Shown here one piece after another: positions 8,103 through 18,004 of a stretch of DNA of 39,128 nucleotides (position 1 is its first letter; every line of letters begins with the position of its first letter). This stretch comes from a virus (lineage: Duplodnaviria; Caudoviricetes): the IMG/VR virus record IMGVR_UViG_3300038393_001279, positions 1 through 39,128 of that record; one strand, given 5' to 3'. The notes beneath the pieces are model-generated. The model was not told where the DNA came from and made no database searches. It worked only from the letters and a program-made list of their open reading frames with translations. Made by a program: the position numbers and the translations under genes.

Positions 8103-9499
8103 TAGCGCGCCTCCTCGAATTGCTTACCGTCCGGGCTCACATACGCCTTATTGCCGTTCGCGTCCTCGTGGAGCGTCCAGCCGCGGGCGTTTTTCGGCGG
8201 CAGCGCGGCGGGCGTGTTCGATCCGCCGGCCGGCGTGTAGTTGGATCCGGCGTTTCGCTGGAGGCCCTCGATTGCGAGTTTGCGATTGCGGGCCTTCTGC
8301 GCGATGTTCCCCGGCTTGTCGTTCGGTTGCGGGAAGTATTGGCGGCGTGCGTTGTCGAATTCCGATGCACCGATGGCCGCGCCCGACTCCTGGCGCAAAA
8401 TCGCGTTGATGAAATCGCGCTGCGCCTGTTCCGCGCGCTGGTCATTCTCGGAAAGTAGGTAATTGGTCGCCGCGCCCATGGCGCCGCCTACCAGCGGCAC
8501 GCCCTCCACGGACGCCTTGGAGTTGATGGCCGCCGGGTTATATTGGCCCTCCAGGCTCGAGATAATGCGATCCGCCTCGGCCGCGCGGTCCCCGAACGCG
8601 GCGGATTTGCCTTGGAATTCCGTCATTGCTTTGTCGCGGGTCAGCGGCTTGCCGTCCGGGCCCATGACGGCCGACGCCGTGCCGCTTTTCCGGTTGACCA
8701 GCACGCCGCGCGCCGCGTCGTACGTGCCCTCGTTGGCCGTACTGAGGTCGCGTTCGCGCTTGTCGGTGCGCAGGGACTCGCGCTCACGTTGCGCGACGCT
8801 GGCGGCACTATCCGGAGACTGGCCTTTCTTGGCCGTGCCCGTGACTTTCACCTCCCCGGTGTCCGGATCCGTGAGCGTGGTTTCCACACGGTCGCCCGCG
8901 TCGCGCGTGCCCACCACCGGCTTGGTGATTTCGACCAGCTTTTCCGCGCCCAGCTGCGAGCCGCGTTTCCACTTTGCGAATCCGGCGGGGTCGACGGCCG
9001 GGTCGGGGATCCGCCCGAGCGCCTGGTCCATCGGGCCCAGTTCCTTGGCGAGGACCGGGCCGACGTGTTCGTCCGCGTACATGGCGCGCACCCAATCGGC
9101 CGCCGCGGCTTGGCTGTTCACGTTGCCCAGCGCGTCGCGGTAGCGCTGCGTGCGCAGGTTGAGCGCCTCGAGGCCGGTTTTATCGGCCGTCGCGGCGTCC
9201 TTTTTTGTCTCGGCGTTGGTCTTGGCCACGTCGGCATTGGCTTTCACGCCCGCGAAATACCCTTTCACGTTGCCGGCGCTGGCCAGGCCCTTGAGATAGC
9301 CCTCCCCGCCGGTCGGGTCGGCCTGGAGCGAGGCGCGCGCGGCCTGGTCGTCCACGACGGCCTGGCGGGCGGCGTCCAGCTTGAGCGCGCCCTCCTGGTT
9401 TTGCAGCGCCAGCGTGCGCAGGTTGGCTTGCTTGGTCGGCACCTCGAGCGGGTCGATTTCCGCCGGCCGGGCCAGTAGTGCGATGGTGTTCAGTGCCAT
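8102..9499 (-). CDS. Ejection/DNA-transfer protein (P22 gp20-like position)
   Basis: Helical protein with the FINAILRQESGAAI...E.....QYFPQP motif that I associate with podovirus ejection proteins. Confidence 0.65.
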   Translation of the reverse strand: MALNTIALLARPAEIDPLEVPTKQANLRTLALQNQEGALKLDAARQAVVDDQAARASLQADPTGGEGYLKGLASAGNVKGYFAGVKANADVAKTNAETKKDAATADKTGLEALNLRTQRYRDALGNVNSQAAAADWVRAMYADEHVGPVLAKELGPMDQALGRIPDPAVDPAGFAKWKRGSQLGAEKLVEITKPVVGTRDAGDRVETTLTDPDTGEVKVTGTAKKGQSPDSAASVAQRERESLRTDKRERDLSTANEGTYDAARGVLVNRKSGTASAVMGPDGKPLTRDKAMTEFQGKSAAFGDRAAEADRIISSLEGQYNPAAINSKASVEGVPLVGGAMGAATNYLLSENDQRAEQAQRDFINAILRQESGAAIGASEFDNARRQYFPQPNDKPGNIAQKARNRKLAIEGLQRNAGSNYTPAGGSNTPAALPPKNARGWTLHEDANGNKAYVSPDGKQFEEAR

Positions 9500-9508
9500 G
9501 GGTTGTCC

Positions 9509-10222
9509 TTAGAGGAGCACGTTTTCGACGGAGCCCGAGCCGCCGCCAGTCGTCCAGGGGCCGGCCTGGTACGCGTTATACAGGCCCTTGATTCCCGAGC
9601 CGATGGCGTTGGACCTGGCCACGTAGCCGGAGGCGGCCGCCTCGCCCATATCGCCCAGGATTGCGGCGTTGCGGTTCGCGTACGTCGTGCCCAGGCTGTT
9701 GAGCTGGGAGTTTGCGCTCGTGCCGGCCGATTGCGTGGCGTTGGTCGAGGTTTGCCCGATGCCGGCGACTTGTGCCAGCCGGTTGAATCGCGCGCCGTAT
9801 TCGCTCGAGGCGTTATCGCTGTTGAATCGGGCCAGGGCCTTGAGCGTGGCGCCCGAGTAGCCCGCACCCGTGGCCGCCGCCGCGCGCTTGATCGCGCTTT
9901 CCCCCTCGTTCACGCGGAACAAGTAGCCCGGATCCGCGCCGAGCGTAGCGGAGACGCCCGCCGGGTTGGCCAGGTCGGCCATGATTTGCGCGAGTGCCGA
10001 TTTCCCGGCCTCGCGGTATGGCGCCTGGTCCTCGCGCTGTTGTTTCAACAGGTCCAGCGTGTCCTGGCGCGAAATGTCGAATTGCCGGTCACTCGAGGAT
10101 TGCGCGGCGCGTGCGGCGTCCTCCTGCGCGTCGCCGGCTTTGCTCGCACCGTACGCGCTCACGGCGGTGGTGCCCACGGCTCCGATGGCGGCCCAGCCGG
10201 CCGCGGTGATTCCTAGAGACAT
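9509..10222 (-). CDS. P22 gp7-like DNA-transfer (pilot) protein
   Basis: Hydrophobic Gly/Ala N-terminus, QAPYREAG, and DPGYLFR..EG..AI...AAA.G...SGATLKAL. Confidence 0.8.
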   Translation of the reverse strand: MSLGITAAGWAAIGAVGTTAVSAYGASKAGDAQEDAARAAQSSSDRQFDISRQDTLDLLKQQREDQAPYREAGKSALAQIMADLANPAGVSATLGADPGYLFRVNEGESAIKRAAAATGAGYSGATLKALARFNSDNASSEYGARFNRLAQVAGIGQTSTNATQSAGTSANSQLNSLGTTYANRNAAILGDMGEAAASGYVARSNAIGSGIKGLYNAYQAGPWTTGGGSGSVENVLL

Positions 10223-10695
10223 TTTGGCCCCTCGTTGGTGTTGTTCAGGGCCGCCAGGCGGTTGCCGAGCAGCTCACTATTTTTCGACGTGCATAGCCGC
10301 TCGACAATCACGTCCATGTCGCGGCAGTCGTCCGGGTTCGCGTGGATCGTGCTCCAGATCGCGCCCTCCTCGAACGTGCGGCCCACGCGCTTGATACCGG
10401 GCCGGGATAGGAGCGTGCACGGCGCCGTAAGCACCTGGAGCCCGTCCTCCGTGAGCACCTCGATACGCCCTTTCACGAGCATGGCCAGGTGTTCCGTTTT
10501 GTGAACGGCGCCCGTAAGGACCGTCCAGGGCGGGACGTGCATTTCCCGCACGTAGACGCCCGGCGCGAAGTGGTCCACGACGGGGCAGTCGACTTGCGGT
10601 TGTTGCAGGAGCTCGGCCTCGAGCGCGTGGATACGGGCGCGCAGCTCCTCACGCGGGGCCAGCGCGCCCGAGTAGGTGAATTCGGTCAGCACCAT
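10213..10695 (-). CDS. Cupin-like conserved phage protein
   Basis: HFAPGVYVREM...LTGAVHKTEH...KG.I.V...PG.KR double-stranded beta-helix pattern. Confidence 0.7.
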   Translation of the reverse strand: MVLTEFTYSGALAPREELRARIHALEAELLQQPQVDCPVVDHFAPGVYVREMHVPPWTVLTGAVHKTEHLAMLVKGRIEVLTEDGLQVLTAPCTLLSRPGIKRVGRTFEEGAIWSTIHANPDDCRDMDVIVERLCTSKNSELLGNRLAALNNTNEGPKCL

Positions 10696-10698
10696 GGG

Positions 10699-11091
10699 CT
10701 AGAACGGCCACGATGAGGTGGACGTCGTGCCGTCGGCCACGGACGCGTAATCCGGCAGGGCGGGCGCGTCGTAGTCGATGAGTTTGTCGCGCAGGCCGGC
10801 CCATTGCTGGAGGCGTAGCGCGGTAGCCGTGACGTCGGCGCCGAACTCGTCGCCAATCTCGGCGGCCACGCCCAGGATGAGGGCCTCGTCCCAATGCTCC
10901 CCGAGTTGGGTTTCGGTGGCGGGGCGCGGGTCCGGCCAGGTGTAGCCGTGCACCGGCAATTGGGCGATGAGGCGGCCCAATGCGTCGGTGGCGATTTGGA
11001 GGTCGTCCGGATTGGCCGTTTCGCCGCGCGCCAGGTTGCCGACTTTCTGGAGCGCCTTTTCGGCAATCTTCGCGCGGGTCAATGCGGCCAT
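10699..11091 (-). CDS. Head-to-tail adaptor (P22 gp4-like)
   Basis: 130 aa with IAEKALQKVG...GET...D...A..AL and EAL.LGVAAEI..EFG, located between capsid and tail genes. Confidence 0.6.
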   Translation of the reverse strand: MAALTRAKIAEKALQKVGNLARGETANPDDLQIATDALGRLIAQLPVHGYTWPDPRPATETQLGEHWDEALILGVAAEIGDEFGADVTATALRLQQWAGLRDKLIDYDAPALPDYASVADGTTSTSSWPF

Positions 11092-11097
11092 GGTGCG

Positions 11098-11739
11098 TTA
11101 CGCCGGTTCCGCGGTGAACGGATAGCGTTGCATCTTCACGGCCACTTTCTGGCCGGTTTCCGGATCCTGCGCGATGGTGTCGATAGTCGAATTGCGCAGC
11201 ACCTCGACATAGGCCTCGTCAATCACGACGGGCAAACCGCGCTTGATGATGACGAGGTGGCCATTCACGCCGAGTTTCACGTCCTCTTTCTCGGATTCGG
11301 TGGCCATGACGGTGACGCGCATTTTACGGGCACCGGCGAGCGCGCCGTCCAGGGAGCGGAGCGCGCCCTCTTTCGGCAGGTCGACGCCGTTGTCCGGGAC
11401 CAGTTTGTCGGTTTCCAGGGCCGCGGCGGCTTTGGCGGCCTGCTCGCGTGCGGCGTTCAGGTCGGCGGCCTGCGCCTGGTTCAAGGCCATCAATTGGGCC
11501 ATTTGTTTCTGGAGCTGTTCGATTTGCGCGGCCTGGTCATTGGCCGGGGCGGCGGCTTCGGTGGTCACGGGTGCCGGGGTCGGCGCGGCCGGGGCGGTGG
11601 CGGCGGCCAATTGCGCATTGGCGAGCAGCAGCTCGACCAAATCGCCCTTGGTCATTGCGGGGGTGGCGGCCAGGTTGGCGCCGGTTGCCAGGGCCAGGAG
11701 GTCGGCTTTGTTCTTGGCGTTCAATTCTTCGCGGGTCAT
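11098..11739 (-). CDS. Conserved protein downstream of the major capsid gene
   Basis: N-terminal Rho-N/HeH-like segment, Ala/Pro linker and coiled coil, then V.LGVNG....IKRG..V......VEVL...RYPF. Confidence 0.6.
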   Translation of the reverse strand: MTREELNAKNKADLLALATGANLAATPAMTKGDLVELLLANAQLAAATAPAAPTPAPVTTEAAAPANDQAAQIEQLQKQMAQLMALNQAQAADLNAAREQAAKAAAALETDKLVPDNGVDLPKEGALRSLDGALAGARKMRVTVMATESEKEDVKLGVNGHLVIIKRGLPVVIDEAYVEVLRNSTIDTIAQDPETGQKVAVKMQRYPFTAEPA

Positions 11740-11775
11740 GGTGTCGTGTCTCTCGGGTCAGGTGGCGGGGGCAGG

Positions 11776-11803
11776 AAAAAAGCGGGCGCCGTACTGGCCG
11801 CCC
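11776..11803 (-). terminator. Rho-independent terminator after the major capsid gene
   Basis: Minus strand reads GGGCGGCC-AGTAC-GGCGCCC (stem with one bulge), then GCTTTTTT. Confidence 0.55.
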
Positions 11804-11822
11804 ACAAACATGCCGCGCTCGA

Positions 11823-12818
11823 TTAGGTCAGGGCGTTGGGGTTGGTGTGCTCGATACGGATCATCCACGCATCGTTGAGGATTTTCGTGGTGGTCGTAGC
11901 TTTCCAGCCCGAGGTGGCGCGCTGGTTCAGCGGGTCAGCGGTGCCCGACGAGCCCAGCGGCTTGACGATGTTTTGCATTGCTTGGCCAGCCAGCGGGCAC
12001 ACGCCGTAAGCGTTGGCGCCGATGATGAGCGTTGCATAGACGTCGTTGTTTACGCCGCCGGTGCTGATCTGGCCATCGGTGCCGACAGCCAGGCCGACGT
12101 TAGGCCACACTTTGCAGTTGGTCGAGCGGAAGAAACGAATGTTGCGGTACGCGCCGACTTCATCGTCCTCCGCTTTCATGGCCGACGAGTAGCTCGACAC
12201 GGGGATATAGCCGGTGATCGCCTCGAGCACGGCCTCGGTGTCCGGGTGCACCAGGCCGATGTAGGCCGCGCGAATCGGTTGCGTGCCGATGCCGTTAGTT
12301 GCGGAAACCATGTCCCGCACGAATTTGGCATTCTGGCGGTTCAGGGCGCGGATTGCGGTACGCAGCGCGATATGGTCGAGCGGCGCTTTCAGGCCGGCGC
12401 GGGTGGTGCCGTTCGAGTAAATCACGTTGGTGCCGGCGACGAGCACGTCGCGGCGCACGGCGTCCACGGTGGTGCCGCCTTGCTCGCCCAGGACGGTGCC
12501 GGCTTCGGTGAGCACCGGATCCTGGTTGGTCATGTCCACCATGTCGGTGACGGTGACGAACGAGCCGTATTGCGCCAGGGTGGCGGTAACGTCGGTAACG
12601 GTCAGGTCATTGCCGGCCGGGGTGGCGCCCTCGGTCAGGGCCGTGGTAACGAGCGGCAGGGCCTCGTAACGGCGGAATTTGATCTGATTGCCCGAACGCA
12701 TTTTGATGGGGCGGACCTGGCCAAAGCGGCCGTGCACGTCGGCCGGGACGGCGCGCTCCAGGAGGTTGCGGTCGTAATACGCCTGAATTGCTGGCGGCAA
12801 GTTGGTAGTGTTGTTCAT
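11823..12818 (-). CDS. Major capsid protein, N4-gp56 family
   Basis: GNQIKFRRYEAL....ALTEGATP, LAQYG.FV.VTD, HPD and DPLNQR...GWK motifs. Confidence 0.9.
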   Translation of the reverse strand: MNNTTNLPPAIQAYYDRNLLERAVPADVHGRFGQVRPIKMRSGNQIKFRRYEALPLVTTALTEGATPAGNDLTVTDVTATLAQYGSFVTVTDMVDMTNQDPVLTEAGTVLGEQGGTTVDAVRRDVLVAGTNVIYSNGTTRAGLKAPLDHIALRTAIRALNRQNAKFVRDMVSATNGIGTQPIRAAYIGLVHPDTEAVLEAITGYIPVSSYSSAMKAEDDEVGAYRNIRFFRSTNCKVWPNVGLAVGTDGQISTGGVNNDVYATLIIGANAYGVCPLAGQAMQNIVKPLGSSGTADPLNQRATSGWKATTTTKILNDAWMIRIEHTNPNALT

Positions 12819-12843
12819 GGCTGTTTAAATCCCAATGGAAAAA

Positions 12844-13665
12844 TCAGTAACCCATGACGCGGCGCCGTTCTTTCTCGAAATCGGCGGAGCTCATGGTCGC
12901 GTAACGTTGTGCCTGGTCGACGGGCGGGGCCTGGCGGGTTGCCCCGTTGCCTGGAACCGACGACATGGCGGTCTGTTGCTTGCGGCGCGTCTCGAAATCA
13001 CGCGCGGCGGCTTCGCGGGCCGCGGTGGCCACGCGGGTGCGCTCGTGCTCGATTTGCAGCGCGCCGAGCTCGCGGATTGCGACAATCGGGTCGTTCCACG
13101 CCTCGCCCAGCTCCCGCGCCTTGGCCGTGGCCTTGTCGCGGAGCGCCGGGTTTTGGTCGAGCAGGGCGTCCAGGCCCGGCAATGCGGTGCCCACGGTGTC
13201 GGCCCATGCGTCCGGGTCGAATGCGGGTTTGCCGCCGGCCGGCGCGCCCGTCACATAGCGGACGGCCTCCTCCAATCCCGGGTTGTCGTCCAGGACGGCG
13301 GGGCGGTTCGCGCGGCGGTCGCGTTCCTCCTGCTCTTTCTTGAGGCGTTTAACCTCGGCAGCGTTGCGGCTGGCCCACGCTTTCGTGTCGTTCAGGGCCT
13401 TTTTCGTGCCCTCGTGTTCCCGTTCGAGGCGTGCGAAACGCTCCTCCAGGGTTTCCGTTTTCGACGCGGCGCCCGGTTCGCCGTTGGCGTCCGTGGCGGT
13501 TGCGTGGGTGGCGGCGTTGGCGTTCGGGTCCGTCTCGGTGGTCGAGGTAGTCGTCGCGGCGGCCGGGTTGGTCCCGTTCGCGGCGGCGGCCTCGGCGTCG
13601 AGGCGGGCCATTTCGGCCTGATAAATCTCGTCGTAGCTTTGCGCGCCTTGGTTTTCGGTGGACAT
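12844..13665 (-). CDS. Scaffolding protein
   Basis: Acidic low-complexity N-terminus, coiled coil and C-terminal MSSADFEK, immediately upstream of the capsid gene. Confidence 0.7.
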   Translation of the reverse strand: MSTENQGAQSYDEIYQAEMARLDAEAAAANGTNPAAATTTSTTETDPNANAATHATATDANGEPGAASKTETLEERFARLEREHEGTKKALNDTKAWASRNAAEVKRLKKEQEERDRRANRPAVLDDNPGLEEAVRYVTGAPAGGKPAFDPDAWADTVGTALPGLDALLDQNPALRDKATAKARELGEAWNDPIVAIRELGALQIEHERTRVATAAREAAARDFETRRKQQTAMSSVPGNGATRQAPPVDQAQRYATMSSADFEKERRRVMGY

Positions 13666-13720
13666 CTTTGTCGTTCTCCATTGGGCCGGGTTGCCCCGGT
13701 AATCCGGTTAAATTCCCGAC

Positions 13721-13981
13721 CTATTCGCCCGTTTTGGGTAATGAATTGGTCAGGGACAATAATTCTTGGCGTAAATTATTGGGCAATTGCAACACCTCGT
13801 CAATGAATTTGATAGCGCCCCGCACGGCTTCGTTGTTCTCCGTGATGAGCGCGTCCACCTTTTCGGCCCGGATCCGCTCGAACTCACGCGCCAGGGGCCC
13901 CCACGCGCCCGGCATGGCGTTGAGGACGGCTTGCACCTGGTCGGCGCGCTCGCGGACGATTTGCAGCTGCTCGGGCGTCAT
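13721..13981 (-). CDS. Small conserved protein between portal and scaffold
   Basis: 86-aa helical ORF; its ATG overlaps the portal stop. Confidence 0.6.
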   Translation of the reverse strand: MTPEQLQIVRERADQVQAVLNAMPGAWGPLAREFERIRAEKVDALITENNEAVRGAIKFIDEVLQLPNNLRQELLSLTNSLPKTGE

Positions 13982-16185
13982 GCCGGCACCTGGTCGACGG
14001 GTGCGGCGCTGGCGTCAGGCGTAGCGGGCGCGGGCGTGGCCACGGGGTCGGATTCGCCCGTCTCGGCGCCCTCGGGGGGCGCGTCGTCCAGGGTTTGCGC
14101 GGCGTTCGTGACTTGGGCCGACGCCTGGCCCATGACGTTTTGCAGGATGGCCAGAATTTGCGCTTGGATCTGGTCGACCTGCGCCTCGGACAGCTCCACG
14201 CCCGCGAGTTTGGCCTCGGCGTTCACGCGGCTGTCCCGGTCCTTGATTTCCAGCTCCGCCGCTTTCAGCTGGTACTGATCGCGCGCCGCCTTGAGGTCGT
14301 CTTGCAATTTTTGGATGAGCGCCTCTTGTTTCTGGAGCGCCTGCTCGACTTGCGGCGGGATCTGGCCGGCGCCCTGCGCCGCGGCTTTCCGTTGCTTGCT
14401 CGTCTCCGCGTCCAGGACCGGCGATTCTTTGCCCACCTCGCCCGCGTCCCATACCTGCTCGAGCAGCTCGCGGACGTCGATTTCCTGCGCGGTCAGCGGC
14501 GACGCCAGGCAGAGCTGGAGGAACCCTTGCAATTTCTGCATGAGGATTTCTTTCATCATGAACGTGGCCGAGCCGGTCGCTTTCCAGTCCATGAACGACG
14601 TTTTGCCGAATTGCTGAATCTCGGCCCAGCGCTGCGCGTGCTGGTCGCCCAGGAGCACGCGCACGGCTTCGGGGTCGAGGTGCTGCATGTTCCAATCGAC
14701 CAGGGCCTCGATAATCGGCTCGATCCACATCTCGTCAATGTTCTGGATTACCTCCTTCATCGGCAGGGACGCGGCGTTCATAATCATGGAAATGCCGGTC
14801 GCCGTTTTGTTGAGGTGGTCGGCGTCGTTGCCCTGCGTGTACTTCGTCACGGCCGTGTCGTCGTCGGAGAATTTTTCCGACATGGCGACGACGTGCTCCC
14901 ACCCCTGCGTGACGTCCACCATGTCGTGCCAGATGAGCGCGGTTTTCCGCTCGTCCGCCGTGAGGCCGCGTTTCATCTTGAAGCGTTTGCCCGGGTAGAA
15001 CTTGAAATCCTCGTCCGGCTCGAACGCGTGCGCGTCGGCGCTAAACGTCTTGAGCAGGGCGAACGCCTTGCCCTCGATATACAGGCGGAACGCGGCATTA
15101 ACCACGCGTTGGTGCGGGTCGTTGTTCTCCGCGATGCCGACGCCCCAAAACTCGTGTTCCGCCTCCTCGTACACGCACCGGTATGCCGGGCGTTTGCTGC
15201 ATTTGTAGGGGGACGGGCTGGCCTTGACCACGACGCCGCCGGCCATGATGACGACGGCCTCCACGGTGTCGCCTGGCCGCACGTCGGCCGGCAACTCCTC
15301 GCCGGTCCACATGGCCAGCGCCTCGGCGTCCACGCGGCCGAAATAGCGCAGCACGCGCACGCGGCCGTCACTGGCGAAACGGTACGTGTTGGCGCGCATG
15401 TCCTTGGTCAGGTCGGAGCCCTCGGAGCTCGAGGACGTGGCCAGCTGCGTGAGCGCGTAGTCGATGGCCTCGGAGTTGTAGCCGTCCAGGTTGCGCCAGG
15501 TCTGCACCTCGTAAGGTTGTTTCCAGCTGCTCCAGTAGACGCCGAGGCCGGATTGCGTGTCCGCGCCCTCCGGGTCCGGGTAGACGTCCATGGTTGCGCC
15601 GTGCTCGAAATACGGGGCGCGATACTCGAATTTGTTCTCGCCCAGCACCATGACGCCGGAGTCCTTGTCCGGCACCAGGCCCACCGTCACGTGCTCTTTC
15701 ACGCGCTCGAACGGGCCGAACAGCGCGCCCGTGCCGTACGTGCACAGGGCGTTGACGGCGCCGCCCATCATTCCCCGGAAATTCATGTCCTTGAGCTGGA
15801 ACGCGAGGATTTTTTCCATCGTGTCGGCGTATGGCGCCAATTGCTCGTTGGTCGGGTTCGTGTCAAACGGCATGCGGCCGGCGCCGAACAGCGAGTCCTT
15901 GATTTTGGCGCGGGCGCTCCGGATCTTGCCGCGCGTCGAGCCCACGAACAGGCGCGATTTCTGCGCGCGCGAGGTGCCGGTCCCCTGCGTGTCGTCGTCG
16001 CGCGGAATCCGCATGGCGTCTTGGTAGGCGTCCGTAAATTTTTCCTCTTGCGGCTTGCGGGCCTGGAGCCAGGACTCGAAACGGCTTTGCAGGGCGACGG
16101 ATAGCGCGTCCTGGCCCACGGTGGGGCGCTGCGTGGACGGGTTGAGCGCGTCGACGGGCGTGTCGTGTTGTTCGGTCGGGGTCAT
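13978..16185 (-). CDS. Portal protein
   Basis: 735 aa downstream of the terminase. Contains FWGVGIAE...D.Q and NKTATGISM motifs and a C-terminal coiled-coil barrel. Confidence 0.85.
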   Translation of the reverse strand: MTPTEQHDTPVDALNPSTQRPTVGQDALSVALQSRFESWLQARKPQEEKFTDAYQDAMRIPRDDDTQGTGTSRAQKSRLFVGSTRGKIRSARAKIKDSLFGAGRMPFDTNPTNEQLAPYADTMEKILAFQLKDMNFRGMMGGAVNALCTYGTGALFGPFERVKEHVTVGLVPDKDSGVMVLGENKFEYRAPYFEHGATMDVYPDPEGADTQSGLGVYWSSWKQPYEVQTWRNLDGYNSEAIDYALTQLATSSSSEGSDLTKDMRANTYRFASDGRVRVLRYFGRVDAEALAMWTGEELPADVRPGDTVEAVVIMAGGVVVKASPSPYKCSKRPAYRCVYEEAEHEFWGVGIAENNDPHQRVVNAAFRLYIEGKAFALLKTFSADAHAFEPDEDFKFYPGKRFKMKRGLTADERKTALIWHDMVDVTQGWEHVVAMSEKFSDDDTAVTKYTQGNDADHLNKTATGISMIMNAASLPMKEVIQNIDEMWIEPIIEALVDWNMQHLDPEAVRVLLGDQHAQRWAEIQQFGKTSFMDWKATGSATFMMKEILMQKLQGFLQLCLASPLTAQEIDVRELLEQVWDAGEVGKESPVLDAETSKQRKAAAQGAGQIPPQVEQALQKQEALIQKLQDDLKAARDQYQLKAAELEIKDRDSRVNAEAKLAGVELSEAQVDQIQAQILAILQNVMGQASAQVTNAAQTLDDAPPEGAETGESDPVATPAPATPDASAAPVDQVPA

Positions 16186-16216
16186 GTTCGTGGGTCGTAT
16201 GGGTTGCGGTGCGGAA

Positions 16217-16243
16217 ATTCTACCGGAGATTGCCGCGTGTCAA
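16217..16243 (-). promoter_or_regulatory. Possible late promoter upstream of the portal gene (short spacer)
   Basis: Minus strand reads TTGACA-N15-TAGAAT. The -35 overlaps the stop codon of the upstream ORF. Confidence 0.4.
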
Positions 16244-16437
16244 TGGATTTGTTGCGGTTCAGTGGGGCTGTTGTGCACGTGCATGACGCCGTGCGCCTGC
16301 TCGTCCATGCGCGGGTTGCACCAGCACGCCACGGTGGCCACGTGCGCGCGTAAATCGGTCAGCGGGACCACGTGGAGCACGTCGTCGCGGTCCTCGTCCT
16401 CGACCACTTGCCAGAAATTGAAGGGCGACGGGCTCAT
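16240..16437 (-). CDS. Small His/Cys-rich hypothetical protein
   Basis: HVVP..DL..H.....CWC.P...HVHN pattern; its ATG overlaps the TerL stop. Confidence 0.65.
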   Translation of the reverse strand: MSPSPFNFWQVVEDEDRDDVLHVVPLTDLRAHVATVACWCNPRMDEQAHGVMHVHNSPTEPQQIH

Positions 16438-17891
16438 CCGAGGGCAATCCCGAAGAATGACGTTGGCGCACGGTCGCCGCCGAGCAGCGCGGGCGCCGGT
16501 TGCGTGATGGCGCGGTCCAGGCCCGACACGACGAGGTAACGCGTTGCGTCCATGAGGTGGTCGTTTGCCTTGACCACGTGCCCCTTATCGTCGCGGCGAT
16601 ACATGCGGTATTCGGCCCGCCAGTCCTGGCAGGATTGAAACACCTTGAGGCGGCCGCCGGACATGCGCTCCCACACGCGATGAATGCCCGTCTCGACGCC
16701 GTTGTCAGCCGTGGCGATGTCGAGCCCAAGATCCTTGTACGCCTGGAGCAGCTGCGCGCCGTCGGTCTGCGTGCGGCCGCGGCTGGCCGGGTCGATAACG
16801 CCCGGGATCCACTTGCCGCGCGCGTCGATGCTGGTTTTGTGGACGGCCGGCTCGGCGTGGCCCTTGTAGTGCTGCGAGTACAGGTACAGCGTTTGCGCCT
16901 CGCGGTCGATGGCGCCCCACACGGCGGCCGTTTTGTTCCACCCGACGTCCAGGCCGTACGCGCGCGGCCAGTGGGCCGGGATGGCGAAGTCCGGCACGAC
17001 GATTTCCGACTCGGGCACCGGGTAGATAGCACCGGCGCCGAGCTGGGGCACGCCCTTGGAGCGCGCGTCACGCTGGAATGGCGGGATGGCCTTGTAGAGT
17101 TCGTCCTTTACGGCTTTCGTGAGGTGGGGCACGTCGTCCCACGTCGCCATGACAACGAATTTGCCCTCCGCCGCGCCCTGGTCGAGCGAGCCTTTCGGCA
17201 GGAACGCGAGCACCACCTCGGACATACCCATCAGCGGCGTGAACGTCAGCATGAGCATGCCGTTATTCGTCATGGTCCGGAGCAGGCATTCCGTGTAGAT
17301 GTCGAGCGGCGGCTCCTCGTCCAGGAGGATGACGTCCACCTCCGTGCCCTGGAACGCCTCGCGGCGCTGGTCGTACGATTTCAGCACCACCGTGGACACG
17401 CCGCCCGTGACGTGACGCACCGTGACGGTTTCCACGGCGTTGCCCACGCCTTGCTTGGACGTGTAGCCGATGAGCGCGTCCCCGGGCAGCACGCCAGTGC
17501 CGAACGCGCCCCACGAGCCGAGGAGCTTTGTTTGCAGAATGTCGCGCACCGTCTTACCGGTGTCGCCCGCCGCCCAGGCCAGAATGGGCCGATGGAACCG
17601 GCGCCCGCCCACCGCGTCCCACCACTCCGGATAGAAGCCGGTCAGGTGGAGCACGAGCTCGTACACGCCCACGCCCTCGGTTTTACCCACGCGGTTGGCG
17701 GCCAGCATGAGGCGCTCGCGGTGCTTGGATCCCGCGGCGAAAAATTGCATGTGCTTGGGGTACAGCTCGCGGCGGAGCGGCCCCTCGGCCGGGTAGTAGG
17801 TCCAGAGTTTGCGACGGTCGGCGCGGCGGAGCTGCTCCTCGAGGAGCGCGAGATACGCCAGGCGCTCCAGGTACGGGGAGGCGGCGTCCAT
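16434..17891 (-). CDS. terL: Terminase large subunit (P22 gp2-like)
   Basis: Walker A AANRVGKT, Walker B ILLDEEPP, LTFTP coupling motif, and nuclease motifs GLDVGW and DHLMDATRY. Likely start ATG 17891. Confidence 0.95.
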   Translation of the reverse strand: MDAASPYLERLAYLALLEEQLRRADRRKLWTYYPAEGPLRRELYPKHMQFFAAGSKHRERLMLAANRVGKTEGVGVYELVLHLTGFYPEWWDAVGGRRFHRPILAWAAGDTGKTVRDILQTKLLGSWGAFGTGVLPGDALIGYTSKQGVGNAVETVTVRHVTGGVSTVVLKSYDQRREAFQGTEVDVILLDEEPPLDIYTECLLRTMTNNGMLMLTFTPLMGMSEVVLAFLPKGSLDQGAAEGKFVVMATWDDVPHLTKAVKDELYKAIPPFQRDARSKGVPQLGAGAIYPVPESEIVVPDFAIPAHWPRAYGLDVGWNKTAAVWGAIDREAQTLYLYSQHYKGHAEPAVHKTSIDARGKWIPGVIDPASRGRTQTDGAQLLQAYKDLGLDIATADNGVETGIHRVWERMSGGRLKVFQSCQDWRAEYRMYRRDDKGHVVKANDHLMDATRYLVVSGLDRAITQPAPALLGGDRAPTSFFGIALG

Positions 17892-18004
17892 TACGGGCAC
17901 CACCAGCACACGGCGGAGACGGCCAGCACGAGCGCCACGGCCGGGATGGCCACGCACTCGGCAATCAAGCGGCTCGTGCCGCGGCGGATCGGCGCGCGGC
18001 TCAT
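17891..18004 (-). CDS. 37-aa membrane peptide between terS and terL
   Basis: MSRAPIRRGTSRLIAECVAIPAVALVLAVSAVCWWCP*. It overlaps the terS stop (ATGA) and the terL start (TAATG). Confidence 0.55.
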   Translation of the reverse strand: MSRAPIRRGTSRLIAECVAIPAVALVLAVSAVCWWCP

